Below, piece by piece: positions 9,412-19,316 of a stretch of 64,000 bases of DNA; position 1 is the first letter of the stretch, and every line of letters begins with the position of its first letter. The position numbers and the translations under genes are program-made. The notes under the pieces were generated by a model. That model had not been told where the DNA came from. It searched no databases and worked only from the letters and a program-made list of their open reading frames with translations. The stretch spans positions 91-64,090 of the forward strand of contig PEYN01000018.1 of the NCBI GenBank assembly GCA_002774355.1. Reading direction: 5' to 3'. Origin of the DNA: Fidelibacterota bacterium CG08_land_8_20_14_0_20_45_22 (GTDB lineage Bacteria > Fidelibacterota > UBA2242).

Positions 9412-12153
9412 ATGACAAGAGAAAAATCGAAAATTGAAAAGTTCGTGTATTCATTCGGTGGCAGAAAAGCCGATGGAAACGAAAGCATGAAAAACCTACT
9501 GGGCGGCAAAGGCGCCAACTTAGCAGAAATGGCCGGACACCCCGACCTGCAACTTCCCGTTCCGCCGGGGTTTACCATCACGACGGAAGTCTGCACCTAT
9601 TACTATCAACACAAGAAAAAATATCCCGAGTCTCTCTATGAAGAAGTCAATAAAGCGTTGGCTAAAGTCGAGAAGATCATGGGAAGAAAATTCGGCGATG
9701 AGAAAAATCCACTGCTGGTTTCCGTTCGTTCCGGCGCGCGCAAATCCATGCCAGGAATGATGGAAACCGTCCTGAATGTAGGTCTGACCGAAAAAACGAT
9801 TCCCGGCTTGATCAAACAGAGTGGTAGTGAGCGCTTTGTTTATGACGCATATCGCCGCCTGATCATGATGTACTCCGATGTGGTCATGGAAAAAGCCGAA
9901 GGCATCGAACCGAAAGACGACGAAGGCATTCGCAGACAACTCGAACGCATCATGGACGTAAAGAAAAAAGCCAAAGGTTATACTTCTGACACCGAATTAA
10001 CCGCGGAAGAATTGAAAGATCTCTGCAAAGAATTTAAGAAGACCATTAAAAAAGTTCTTGGCAAAGAATTTCCGGACGATCCGATGAAGCAACTCTGGGG
10101 CGGAATCGGCGCTGTTTTCGCTTCATGGAACGGCAAACGCGCCATCAGTTACCGCCGCATTGAAAATATTCCGGACGAATGGGGAACAGCCGTGACCGTT
10201 CAAACGATGGTTTTTGGAAATATGGGTGAAGATTGCGCCACCGGCGTTGCCTTCAGTCGAAATCCCGGAAGCGGCGAGAACGGATTCTATGGCGAGTATC
10301 TCATCAATGCTCAAGGCGAAGATGTCGTCGCAGGAATTCGCACGCCCGCGCCGATCAACCAGTATTCCAAATCCGAACATAACAAAGAATTGGTCACACT
10401 GGAAAAGGGAATGCCCAAACTCTACAAAGAATTGAACGAATATCGCACGCGCCTTGAAAGTCATTACCACGACATGCAGGATGTTGAGTTCACGATCGAA
10501 AATAATCGCCTGTTCATGCTGCAGTGCCGCGTCGGAAAGCGCAACGGTCCAGCGGCCGTTCGCATGGCGATGGATATGCTGGCAGAGAAATTGATCACAA
10601 AAGAAGACGCCGTTCTGCGCGTTTCGCCAGCACAGTTGGACGAACTGCTTCATCCGATCATTGATCCGAAAGCGGAAGCCAAACTTGCCGTTGTGGCTAA
10701 GGGTTTGCCCGCAGGTCCCGGCGCCGGTTGCGGTCAGATCGTTTTCAATTCGGCGGATGCGGTTGCATGGGCGGCTAAAGGCAAGAAGGTTATCCTCGTT
10801 CGCGAAGAGACCAATCCGGAAGACGTCGATGGCATGAGAGCTTCGCAGGCGATTTTGACGGCGCGCGGCGGAATGACTAGCCATGCGGCACTCGTCGCTC
10901 GTGGCTGGGGAAAATGCTGTATCGTCGGTTGCGGCGCACTGCATGTCGATTATGCGAAGCGGACGCTGTCGGTAAATGGCAAGACATTTAGTGAAGGCGA
11001 TTTTGTCACGTTGAACGGCACAAAGGGTTACGTTTACGAAGGCCAACTGCCAATGATCGACGCCACCGAGAATCCGATCCTGATCAAATTCCTGAAACTC
11101 TGTGATTCGATCCGGAAACTGGGCGTCCGAACCAACGCCGACACGCCTGCCGACGCTAAACGCGCCCGCGCATTCGGCGCCGAAGGCATTGGATTGTTCC
11201 GCACCGAACACATGTTTTATGGTGAAGGAAGCGACGCGCCATTGTTCGCATTGCGCAAGATGATCGTATCGAATACGCTCGAAGAACGTCAAAAAGCGCT
11301 GAACGAACTCTATCCGTATGTTAAAAAGGATATCAAGGCAACCATCGAAGCAATGGACGGTTATCCCGTCGTGATTCGTTTGCTCGATCCGCCTCTGCAT
11401 GAGTTCGTTCCGAGAAAGAAAGAAAAACTCGAACAATTGGCTAAAGACCTCGGCATCACGCTGAAAGAACTGGAAAAGCGCGCCGATGATCTGCATGAAT
11501 CGAATCCGATGATGGGACATCGCGGCGTTCGTCTCGGCGTGACTTATCCGGAGGTCTCGAAGATGCAAATTCGCGCGATTTTCGAGTCGGCGGCGGAATT
11601 GACAAAGGAAGGTAAAAAACCGTATCCTGAAATCATGGTTCCGGTCGTCGGACTTACCAAAGAACTCGAGAATCAGAAAACAATTGTCGACGAAGTCTAT
11701 CAAGAAACGCTGAAAAAATATGGTTTAAAGAAGATTAAATACATGTACGGAACGATGATCGAAATTCCGCGCGCCTGCTTGGTTGCCGGAGAACTTGCTG
11801 AAGTCGCGCAATTCTTCTCTTACGGAACGAATGATCTGACGCAGATGGGTTTCGGCTTTTCGCGCGATGACATCGGCGGATTTGTGCCGGATTATATCGA
11901 GAAGAAAATCCTGCCCGAAGATCCGTTCCAGTCGATCGACCAGGAAGGAATCGGCGAATTGATCCAGATCGGCATCGAGCGCGGTCGTAAGGCTCGTCCT
12001 GAACTCGAAATTGGTATTTGCGGTGAACACGGCGGCGAACCGAGATCGGTCAAGTTCTGTCACAAGGTCGGCATGGATTACGTTTCATGCTCGCCTTTCC
12101 GCGTTCCGATTGCGCGTCTCGCCGCGGCTCAAGCCGTTGTCGAGCAGAAATAG
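9412..12153 (+). CDS. ppdK: Pyruvate, phosphate dikinase
   Basis: 913 aa; N-terminal ATP-grasp, central phospho-His domain (GGMTSHAALVARGWG) and C-terminal PEP-utilizing TIM barrel, all in canonical order. Confidence 0.95.
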   Translation: MTREKSKIEKFVYSFGGRKADGNESMKNLLGGKGANLAEMAGHPDLQLPVPPGFTITTEVCTYYYQHKKKYPESLYEEVNKALAKVEKIMGRKFGDEKNPLLVSVRSGARKSMPGMMETVLNVGLTEKTIPGLIKQSGSERFVYDAYRRLIMMYSDVVMEKAEGIEPKDDEGIRRQLERIMDVKKKAKGYTSDTELTAEELKDLCKEFKKTIKKVLGKEFPDDPMKQLWGGIGAVFASWNGKRAISYRRIENIPDEWGTAVTVQTMVFGNMGEDCATGVAFSRNPGSGENGFYGEYLINAQGEDVVAGIRTPAPINQYSKSEHNKELVTLEKGMPKLYKELNEYRTRLESHYHDMQDVEFTIENNRLFMLQCRVGKRNGPAAVRMAMDMLAEKLITKEDAVLRVSPAQLDELLHPIIDPKAEAKLAVVAKGLPAGPGAGCGQIVFNSADAVAWAAKGKKVILVREETNPEDVDGMRASQAILTARGGMTSHAALVARGWGKCCIVGCGALHVDYAKRTLSVNGKTFSEGDFVTLNGTKGYVYEGQLPMIDATENPILIKFLKLCDSIRKLGVRTNADTPADAKRARAFGAEGIGLFRTEHMFYGEGSDAPLFALRKMIVSNTLEERQKALNELYPYVKKDIKATIEAMDGYPVVIRLLDPPLHEFVPRKKEKLEQLAKDLGITLKELEKRADDLHESNPMMGHRGVRLGVTYPEVSKMQIRAIFESAAELTKEGKKPYPEIMVPVVGLTKELENQKTIVDEVYQETLKKYGLKKIKYMYGTMIEIPRACLVAGELAEVAQFFSYGTNDLTQMGFGFSRDDIGGFVPDYIEKKILPEDPFQSIDQEGIGELIQIGIERGRKARPELEIGICGEHGGEPRSVKFCHKVGMDYVSCSPFRVPIARLAAAQAVVEQK

Positions 12154-12177
12154 ACAGATAGTTTAAACTGAAAATAG

Positions 12178-12210
12178 AAGAGGCTGGAATTCTCCAGCCT
12201 CTTTGGTTTT
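12178..12210 (+). terminator. Rho-independent terminator after ppdK
   Basis: GAGGCTGGA-attc-TCCAGCCTC perfect 9-bp stem followed by TTTGGTTTT, 25 nt after the ppdK stop. Confidence 0.65.
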
Positions 12211-12318
12211 CAGGGCATCTTTAAACAATATTTCGCCTTGACCCCAATAAATGTTTAGACATTTTTACGGGTGGTACCTAAATTTCGTTCGCGTTAAGTA
12301 TAATTAATCGGAGTACAC

Positions 12319-13575
12319 ATGTTTTACCGCGACATCGAGAAAGAACTGGAGACCTACATTGACTGCAAGCAGGCAATCTTCATTTTAGGCGCAAGGCAGG
12401 TAGGAAAAACAACTCTGATAAAACGGATGATGACAAATTTTCCCGAGTCCAATCGATACTATTTTGATTTGGAAAAAATGTCAGATAAAAAGGTATTTGA
12501 GGGTGGCGTCCAAAACCTGCTCTCGTTTTTGGAATTTCACGGCTTAGATCTCAAAACCAGGAACTACATTTTTGTCGATGAAATCCAGTATCTGAAAGAT
12601 TTTTCCAATCTTTTGAAACTGTTGGTCGATTACCATTCGGATTCCATCAAATTATTCCTGAGCGGTTCATCGTCCGTACAAATCCAAACGGGTTTTCAGG
12701 ATTCGCTTGCCGGCAGGAAGTATATTTTTAACCTCTTTCCTCTTACATTTCGTGAATTTCTGTTATTTAGAGGCAAAGACCATCTCTATGAAAAATTGAA
12801 TCGTCATTTTTTTGATTGGAAGGAAGATGAATTACGATTTGGTCGTGACGAGTTGTTGCCGCTTCTCTATGAATTTCTGTTGTTTGGCGGCTATCCTGAA
12901 GTCGCCAAAATTGACCAGTTCGATCGGAAAGTCAAATATCTGACGGAAATCGTCAACGCATATATCGTGAAAGATATTCGCACGATGTTTACGATCGAAA
13001 AAATTGATAAGTTCAACCACCTGGTTAGGTATCTTGCGGCAAACATCGCCAATCTACTCTCTATTCATAGCCTTGCTACTGAGGTCGGGATTTATCATGA
13101 AACGATCCTGAATTATCTCAACATTTTGGAAGAATCATTTATCGTCAAACGCATCCCGCCGTTTTTTCAAAATAAGAGTACTGAATTGAAAAAATCGAGT
13201 AAACTCTTTTTCATCGACAATGGCATTCGCAACGCCGTTCTCGAAAATTTTCAAAAACCGGAATTCAGGACAGACACCGGAGCGCTTGCCGAAAATTTTG
13301 CGTTTTCACAACTTTACAAGACTCAACCCGCATCTTCGTCTCTCCATTTTTGGAGAACCCGCGCGAAAAATGAAATTGACTTTGTTCTGAATCGACAGGG
13401 CGAACTTCTTCCCATCGAAATAAAGTCAAAAATTCAGAAACAGCAAAAAATTCTCAGCCAGATAAACTTATTCCGTAAGGAATACCAATGTCCGGCAGGT
13501 TATATTGTGAGCATCAGGGATGAATTCTCCACCCAGAACGATATTCGCGTATTACCCGCCTATTTGCTGACATGA
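12319..13575 (+). CDS. AAA-domain ATPase with C-terminal DUF4143 domain
   Basis: Walker A GARQVGKTTL near the N-terminus, DEIQ Walker B-like motif; overall architecture of the AAA_14/DUF4143 family. 418 aa. Confidence 0.8.
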   Translation: MFYRDIEKELETYIDCKQAIFILGARQVGKTTLIKRMMTNFPESNRYYFDLEKMSDKKVFEGGVQNLLSFLEFHGLDLKTRNYIFVDEIQYLKDFSNLLKLLVDYHSDSIKLFLSGSSSVQIQTGFQDSLAGRKYIFNLFPLTFREFLLFRGKDHLYEKLNRHFFDWKEDELRFGRDELLPLLYEFLLFGGYPEVAKIDQFDRKVKYLTEIVNAYIVKDIRTMFTIEKIDKFNHLVRYLAANIANLLSIHSLATEVGIYHETILNYLNILEESFIVKRIPPFFQNKSTELKKSSKLFFIDNGIRNAVLENFQKPEFRTDTGALAENFAFSQLYKTQPASSSLHFWRTRAKNEIDFVLNRQGELLPIEIKSKIQKQQKILSQINLFRKEYQCPAGYIVSIRDEFSTQNDIRVLPAYLLT

Positions 13576-13613
13576 AAATGCTGTAGCCAGCGTTGCTCCA
13601 CGTTGAAATAACC

Positions 13614-16600
13614 TCAGTACTCTCCCCAGTTCAGCGCCTTGAGATTTTCCGGTTTGATCCGCGTCAGCGCCTCGACGAACCGCATCGCGATCTGGCGGTT
13701 GGTGATGAGCATAACGTTGTAATCGACCGCGGCGCGTCGAACGAGATAACCGTTGGTGAGCTCTTTTTCCTGATAATTCTTGGGAATATTGATGACGAGA
13801 TCGATTTTTCGCTCCTTGATAAAGGTAACTGCGTTCGGTTCTTTTTTCTCGAGCGGCCAGTAGAGCGATTCGACGGAAATATCGTTCGCTTCGAGAAATT
13901 TTGCCGTGCCGGTAGTGGCGAATAGTTTGACGTTCATATCTCTCAGTGCGCGAATCGATTCCAGCAGTTCCGCTTTCGATTCGATCGGGCCGGTTGATAG
14001 CAGAACCGTTTTGATCGGCAGGCGATAGCCAACGGAGATCAGCGCTTTGAGAAAAGCTTCGTCGAAATCGTCGCCAAGGCAGGCGACTTCACCTGTCGAG
14101 GCCATCTCAACGCCAAGAGTCGGATCGGCGCCCTGTAATCGTGTGAAGGAAAACTGTGGCGCTTTGACGCCGACGTAATTCAGTTCAAACGGCGAAAGCG
14201 AACTCTTGGCAACGGGAATCCGCATGAGGATTTTCGTGGCGCAGTCGATGAAATTATCCTTCAGCACTTTGGAGATGAATGGAAAACTGCGCGAGGCGCG
14301 GAGGTTGCATTCGATGACCTTGACCTCGTTCTTTTTCGCGAGGAACTGAATATTGAACGGCCCGTTGATGTTTAAAGATTTAGCGATCTTTTCGGTGATA
14401 ATGCGGATGCGCCGGACGGTTTCCATGTAGGTCCTCTGCGGCGGTAAAACCAGTGTAGCGTCACCCGAATGAACGCCGGCGTTTTCGACATGCTCGGAAA
14501 TCGCGTAGCGGACGATTTCTCCATTCTGTGCCACGGCGTCGATCTCGATCTCCTTCGCATTTTCTAAATATTTACTGATGACGGTCGGATATTCCGGGGA
14601 AATTTTCACTGCGCGCTGAAGATATTGAACCAGTTCTTCGTCATTGGAAGCGACCGCCATTGCCGCGCCGCTTAACACATAGGAAGGGCGAATTAGTACC
14701 GGATAACCATGCTCGGCGGCGAACGCCTTAGACTCGTCGATCGATGTCAACTCTTTCCATGTTGGTTGATCGACGCCCAGATTGTCAAGCAGATCGGAAA
14801 ATTTACGGCGATTTTCGGCTCGGTCGATGCTTTCCGGCGATGTTCCGAGGATGCGGACGTTGTTACGATAAAGTTTCATTGCCAGATTGTTCGGGATTTG
14901 TCCGCCCATCGAAACGATCACGCCGAGCGACCTGAATGAATCATAGATTTCTATCACGTTCTCAAAATTGATCTCGTCGAAGATCAGGTAATCGAATTCG
15001 TCATAGTCGGTGCTGACAGTCTCCGGATTATAATTCAGCATGATCGTGTTGTAACCCAATTTCCGGAGCGTCTGCCCGGCATTCACGCAAGACCAGTCGA
15101 ATTCGACAGAACTGCCGATCCGGTAGGCGCCCGAACCGAGAATGATGACGGTGTTGGGATTTGGATAAGCCGCGTCGTCCTTAACAGCGTTGTAAGTGAG
15201 ATAAAGGTAGTTCGTCTGGGCGGGAAATTCCGCCGCCAGCGTATCGATCTGACGAATGAACGGTCGGAGATTCCATTGTTTTCTGAGTTGGGAAATTTCC
15301 GCTTCTGTCTTGTCGATTGCTAAAGCGATTTGTTTGTCGGAAAAGCCGTGCTTTTTGGCCGATTCCAAAAGTTCTCTTGAAATGGATTTAGTTCGCGACT
15401 CGATCAATTGTTTTTCGATTTCGACGACATTCTGGATTTTATAGAGAAACCATTCGTTGATGTGCGTCCAATGGTGAATTTCCGAAACGGTTTTCCCAAT
15501 TTCCAGAGCTTTAGCGACGGCAAAGATGCGCTCTTCTGTCGGTTCCCGGAGTTCCTTTTCGAGGTTGTCGAATTCGATGTCGTTGCCGACCAGCCCGTTG
15601 GCGCCGATTTCCAGCATCCGCAGACCTTTCTGCAATGCTTCTTCGAATTTTCGTCCGATGGCCATCACTTCGCCGACCGATTTCATTCCGGAACCGATTT
15701 GTCGCGAGACTTTCCGAAATTTTTTCAAATCCCAGCGCGGAATTTTGACAACGACATAATCCAGCGCAGGTTCAAAAAACGCCGTCGTCGTTTTCGTCAC
15801 GTTATTTGGCAATTCGTGCAATCCAAAACCGAGTGCGAGTTTCGCTGCAATGTAAGCGATTGGATAGGCGGTGGCTTTCGATGCGAGAGCCGAACTTCGC
15901 GATAGCCGGGCGTTAACCTCGATGACGCGATAATCTTCCGATTTTGGATCGAGAGCGTACTGGATATTGCATTCGCCGACGATTCCCAGATGGCGGATCA
16001 CGCGGATTGCGATTTCGCGGAGTTTATGATATTCGGTGTTGGAAAGTGTCTGACTGGGCGCAACGACGATGCTTTCGCCTGTGTGAATTCCCATCGGATC
16101 GAGATTTTCCATATTGCAAATCGTGATGCTGTTTCCGAGCCTGTCGCACATCACTTCATATTCGATCTCTTTCCAGCCCTTAAGGTATTCTTCGATCAGA
16201 ATCTGCGGTGCATAGAGAAGCGCTTTTTGTGCTTTGTCGTTCAGTTCCTTTCGGTTTCGGCAGACGCCTGATCCGAGTCCGCCCAGCGCGTAGGCGATGC
16301 GAACCATCACCGGAAAACCGATTTTATCAGCGAATTTCTCGGCGTCTTCAACGGTCGTAGCAGTATGACTGCGCGCCGTTTTCACGTCGATCTCATTCAG
16401 CCGGTCGATGAAGAGCCGTCGATCTTCCGTATCAATGATCGCCTGGATCGGCGTTCCCAGAACCTTCACGTCATATTTCTGTAAAATTTCGAGGTGATGC
16501 AATTCCAAGCCCGTATTCAGCGCGGTTTGCCCGCCGAAGCCGAGCAAGATGCCGTCCGGGCGTGTTTTTTGGATAACTTTCTCGACGAATTCGGAATTGA

Positions 16601-16808
16601 CCGGCAGGAAATAGACTTCGTCGGCAAGGTTTTCGGAAGTCTGGATCGTCGCAATGTTTGGATTGACGAGAATTGTATAAACGCCTTCGGCTTTTAGTGC
16701 TTTGATCGCCTGACTGCCGGAGTAATCGAATTCGCCCGCTTCGCCGATTTTTAAGGCGGCACTACCGAGGATAAGAACTTTCTTGATCATGATGCACCTT
16801 TTAACCAC
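13614..16808 (-). CDS. carB: Carbamoyl-phosphate synthase large subunit
   Basis: 1064 aa with two ATP-grasp repeats and MGS-like C-terminus; N-terminus MIKKVLILGSAALKIGEAGEFDYSGSQA is canonical CarB. Confidence 0.95.
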   Translation of the reverse strand: MVKRCIMIKKVLILGSAALKIGEAGEFDYSGSQAIKALKAEGVYTILVNPNIATIQTSENLADEVYFLPVNSEFVEKVIQKTRPDGILLGFGGQTALNTGLELHHLEILQKYDVKVLGTPIQAIIDTEDRRLFIDRLNEIDVKTARSHTATTVEDAEKFADKIGFPVMVRIAYALGGLGSGVCRNRKELNDKAQKALLYAPQILIEEYLKGWKEIEYEVMCDRLGNSITICNMENLDPMGIHTGESIVVAPSQTLSNTEYHKLREIAIRVIRHLGIVGECNIQYALDPKSEDYRVIEVNARLSRSSALASKATAYPIAYIAAKLALGFGLHELPNNVTKTTTAFFEPALDYVVVKIPRWDLKKFRKVSRQIGSGMKSVGEVMAIGRKFEEALQKGLRMLEIGANGLVGNDIEFDNLEKELREPTEERIFAVAKALEIGKTVSEIHHWTHINEWFLYKIQNVVEIEKQLIESRTKSISRELLESAKKHGFSDKQIALAIDKTEAEISQLRKQWNLRPFIRQIDTLAAEFPAQTNYLYLTYNAVKDDAAYPNPNTVIILGSGAYRIGSSVEFDWSCVNAGQTLRKLGYNTIMLNYNPETVSTDYDEFDYLIFDEINFENVIEIYDSFRSLGVIVSMGGQIPNNLAMKLYRNNVRILGTSPESIDRAENRRKFSDLLDNLGVDQPTWKELTSIDESKAFAAEHGYPVLIRPSYVLSGAAMAVASNDEELVQYLQRAVKISPEYPTVISKYLENAKEIEIDAVAQNGEIVRYAISEHVENAGVHSGDATLVLPPQRTYMETVRRIRIITEKIAKSLNINGPFNIQFLAKKNEVKVIECNLRASRSFPFISKVLKDNFIDCATKILMRIPVAKSSLSPFELNYVGVKAPQFSFTRLQGADPTLGVEMASTGEVACLGDDFDEAFLKALISVGYRLPIKTVLLSTGPIESKAELLESIRALRDMNVKLFATTGTAKFLEANDISVESLYWPLEKKEPNAVTFIKERKIDLVINIPKNYQEKELTNGYLVRRAAVDYNVMLITNRQIAMRFVEALTRIKPENLKALNWGEY

Positions 16809-16967
16809 AAATGAACACGAATACGCACGAATAAAAGATATTCAGAATTAATTTTGTTCATTCTCATTTGCTGACTTTGTAAAAACCCTTTTTGTCGCTT
16901 TGTGTTTTTTCACGGGCGAAAATCATATATTTCTAATCATTCGCGTTTATTCGTGTCCATTCGGGGT

Positions 16968-18032
16968 TCACTTAATTAATTCCAAAAAGCGATCGAACAA
17001 AAATCGTGTATCGACAGGACCGGGAGAACCTTCCGGGTGAAACTGTACGCTCAGGTATTTACCGGAACGATGGATGATTCCTTCATTTGTTTGGTCGTTC
17101 AAGTTGCTGAACCAAGCCTGCCAATCGCGTGGAAGAGTCTCTTTTTCTACAGCGTAGCCGTGATTTTGCGACGTAATATAACAACGACCCGAAAGATGAT
17201 CGATAACCGGCTGGTTTTGTCCGCGGTGACCATATTTCAGTTTGAACGTTTTTGCGCCGGCGGCGAGCGCCATGATCTGATGTCCCAGACAAATGCCGAA
17301 TGTCGGAATGTTATGGTCGAATGCGAATTTCGCCGAGCGGATTGTTTCGGCGTACATAGTGGGATCGCCGGGACCGTTTGAAATTAAAATCGCGTCGAAA
17401 TCGTACGCTGAAATGTCGGTATTCCACGGAAGCGCCAGTATCTCGAATCCATGATTAATCAGGTTAGAGAAAATGCTCCGCTTGGCGCCGCAGTCGATTA
17501 AAGCGATTCGCTTGTTCCCTTTGCCCAGAATTTCGGATTCCTTCCGGCTGACCTCCGAGACTAGATTGTGCTGATTTGGATCGTAAAATTCTATATCGTC
17601 GTTGATAAAGATCTTGCCAAGCATCGTGCCTTTATTCCGAAGAATCTGCGTTAGCGTGCGCGTGTCGATTCCGGTGATCGCCGGGACTTTTTGTGCGATA
17701 AGCCAATCTGAGAGACTTTGCTTGGAATGCCAGTGGCTGAACGATTCTGAATAATCAGCGACGACGAGACCGCGCACCTGAATTTGATTGCTTTCAAAAT
17801 CGGGATTCGGGAAATCCGGATATGCTGAAATCGGGGCGCCGTAATTACCCGCGAGCGGATAGGTCAGTGTAAGAATTTCACCAAAATACGACGGATCAGT
17901 AAGGGCTTCCGGGTAACCGGTCATACCGGTATTGAAGACGACTTCGCCGGCGGACGACGCAGGAAAGCCAAAAGAAAATCCGTGAAAAACGCTTCCATCT
18001 TCGAGAATTAGACGAGCCGGTTGATAAGACAT
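16968..18032 (-). CDS. carA: Carbamoyl-phosphate synthase small subunit (glutamine amidotransferase)
   Basis: 354 aa; CarA N-domain plus class I GATase (GICLGHQ catalytic Cys motif); immediately upstream of carB on the same strand. Confidence 0.95.
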   Translation of the reverse strand: MSYQPARLILEDGSVFHGFSFGFPASSAGEVVFNTGMTGYPEALTDPSYFGEILTLTYPLAGNYGAPISAYPDFPNPDFESNQIQVRGLVVADYSESFSHWHSKQSLSDWLIAQKVPAITGIDTRTLTQILRNKGTMLGKIFINDDIEFYDPNQHNLVSEVSRKESEILGKGNKRIALIDCGAKRSIFSNLINHGFEILALPWNTDISAYDFDAILISNGPGDPTMYAETIRSAKFAFDHNIPTFGICLGHQIMALAAGAKTFKLKYGHRGQNQPVIDHLSGRCYITSQNHGYAVEKETLPRDWQAWFSNLNDQTNEGIIHRSGKYLSVQFHPEGSPGPVDTRFLFDRFLELIK

Positions 18033-18253
18033 CAGTAAATCTGCTCCCGCTTTAGTTTTCGGCGGGGTTTAAGAACTGTTTTCAACATCCTGAGCCATAA
18101 TATAAATCCAGGATGCAAATTTTTTGAGCATTTTTTTGGCATTTATGGCAATTATTTCATGGATTTGTTTTTTCTAAAGATGTCGGTAAATCCAACGCAA
18201 ATAAGATTCTTTTGAAAAAGGGTAAAAGGCGTGAAAAAGACATTTCAAATCAA

Positions 18254-18345
18254 GTGGTGATAATTTTTGCACATCGCCTACCGTCATCATCATCCATACT
18301 ATCGCGACTTTTCAACCGGTTTTCCGATCTGCCGTAACGTGGACA
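18254..18345 (+). repeat. Copy A of a dispersed ~90-bp repeat (second copy at 23578..23670)
   Basis: Approximately 85% identity with 23578..23670 over about 90 nt (shared cores GCCTACCGTCAT, TGCGACTTTTCAACCGGTTT, CTGCCGTA); same orientation relative to the downstream plus-strand gene. Confidence 0.6.
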
Positions 18346-18470
18346 AATTTAAAGCGGGTTGTTTGATTTTCGAACCAGCCCCTGAGAAGAAAAATGTTCA
18401 ATTCTGTGAGATTGATAACATCTTCTCGTCAAAATGTTGCTAAATTATAGTAGTCTTAAACGGAGGAGTT

Positions 18471-19265
18471 ATGAATAAATTGTTAAAAATGCCCTTTTTA
18501 GTTGCACTGATTTTTGCGACCACCCTTTTTGCTCAAGTCCCTGATCTCATTCTCCAGAAAGAAATTACGTTGGAATATAACGTTTATCTTGACAGCATGG
18601 AAACTGAGTTTCTAAAGTTATTGCCGGGAGTCGACGACGCTCAAACCATGAAAGCCCACATGGGACTGGCCATTATCCAGGCCGCTCGTACCTATGTTAA
18701 TGGCGACACTCTGGTCAATGATCTTGAATATTTAATGGAAAAAATGAGTGACAATATTATCTTGGGAGTTAATCAAACCATCACAGATATTTTTCCGGTG
18801 TTCGATGCCGGTAATCCGAATGCATTTGTACTGAACCTGACTGAATTCTTCGAATCTGGTACTTATCCGGCCTATCGTGATTCAATCGATGAATGGTTGA
18901 CTAACAATAGCATGCTGGCAGATGAAATGGGTGAGGCTATCGACTACTTTGGAGAAAAAACCAGCCCGCTGATGGAAGCCTTTGGAGATCACTGGAGCAC
19001 CGTCTATGATAGCACTGCTGACTTTGAATTTAAAGTCCAGATAGTGGGCTCCAAATATGAAGACACCTTGTTTGTTTTTTCCCGAACGTTTTTCGATCGG
19101 CAAAAAATGATCGCTACACTCGGCGAGACCATGGCCAAGACCCTTGACAGCGGATTTACCCAGATTCTTGATTCGCTGAATAATAACAGCACCGCCATTG
19201 ATCCGGGAGTCACAGTCGTTCAGGAAGGACTCGATTCATTAAGCGCTTTGATCGACAGCATTTAG
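18471..19265 (+). CDS. Hypothetical secreted protein (signal peptide); possibly the N-terminal part of the downstream ORF
   Basis: N-terminal signal peptide MNKLLKMPFLVALIFATTLFA. Same frame as ORF 19317..20771 and separated from it only by one TAG (19263-19265) and 17 open codons. Confidence 0.45.
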   Translation: MNKLLKMPFLVALIFATTLFAQVPDLILQKEITLEYNVYLDSMETEFLKLLPGVDDAQTMKAHMGLAIIQAARTYVNGDTLVNDLEYLMEKMSDNIILGVNQTITDIFPVFDAGNPNAFVLNLTEFFESGTYPAYRDSIDEWLTNNSMLADEMGEAIDYFGEKTSPLMEAFGDHWSTVYDSTADFEFKVQIVGSKYEDTLFVFSRTFFDRQKMIATLGETMAKTLDSGFTQILDSLNNNSTAIDPGVTVVQEGLDSLSALIDSI

Positions 19266-19316
19266 GTATTACTCTGGAATCAACCGTTTGCTCCATTTGA
19301 ATTCGAACTGGCGTGG

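Noticed and set aside
10123-11703. 526-aa ORF on the minus strand entirely inside ppdK
   Set aside because: Antisense to a high-confidence, fully collinear PPDK gene. Its translation is low-complexity with no motif. Long antisense ORFs are expected opposite GC-balanced, codon-biased genes. Treated as spurious, as were the many 60-130 aa antisense ORFs inside carB, the RND pump, the Mo subunit and glmS.
18355-18385. tRNA-like GGTTCGAA motif (reverse strand) near the carA upstream region
   Set aside because: No flanking T-stem complementarity, no acceptor/anticodon arms could be built; isolated heptamer match only.
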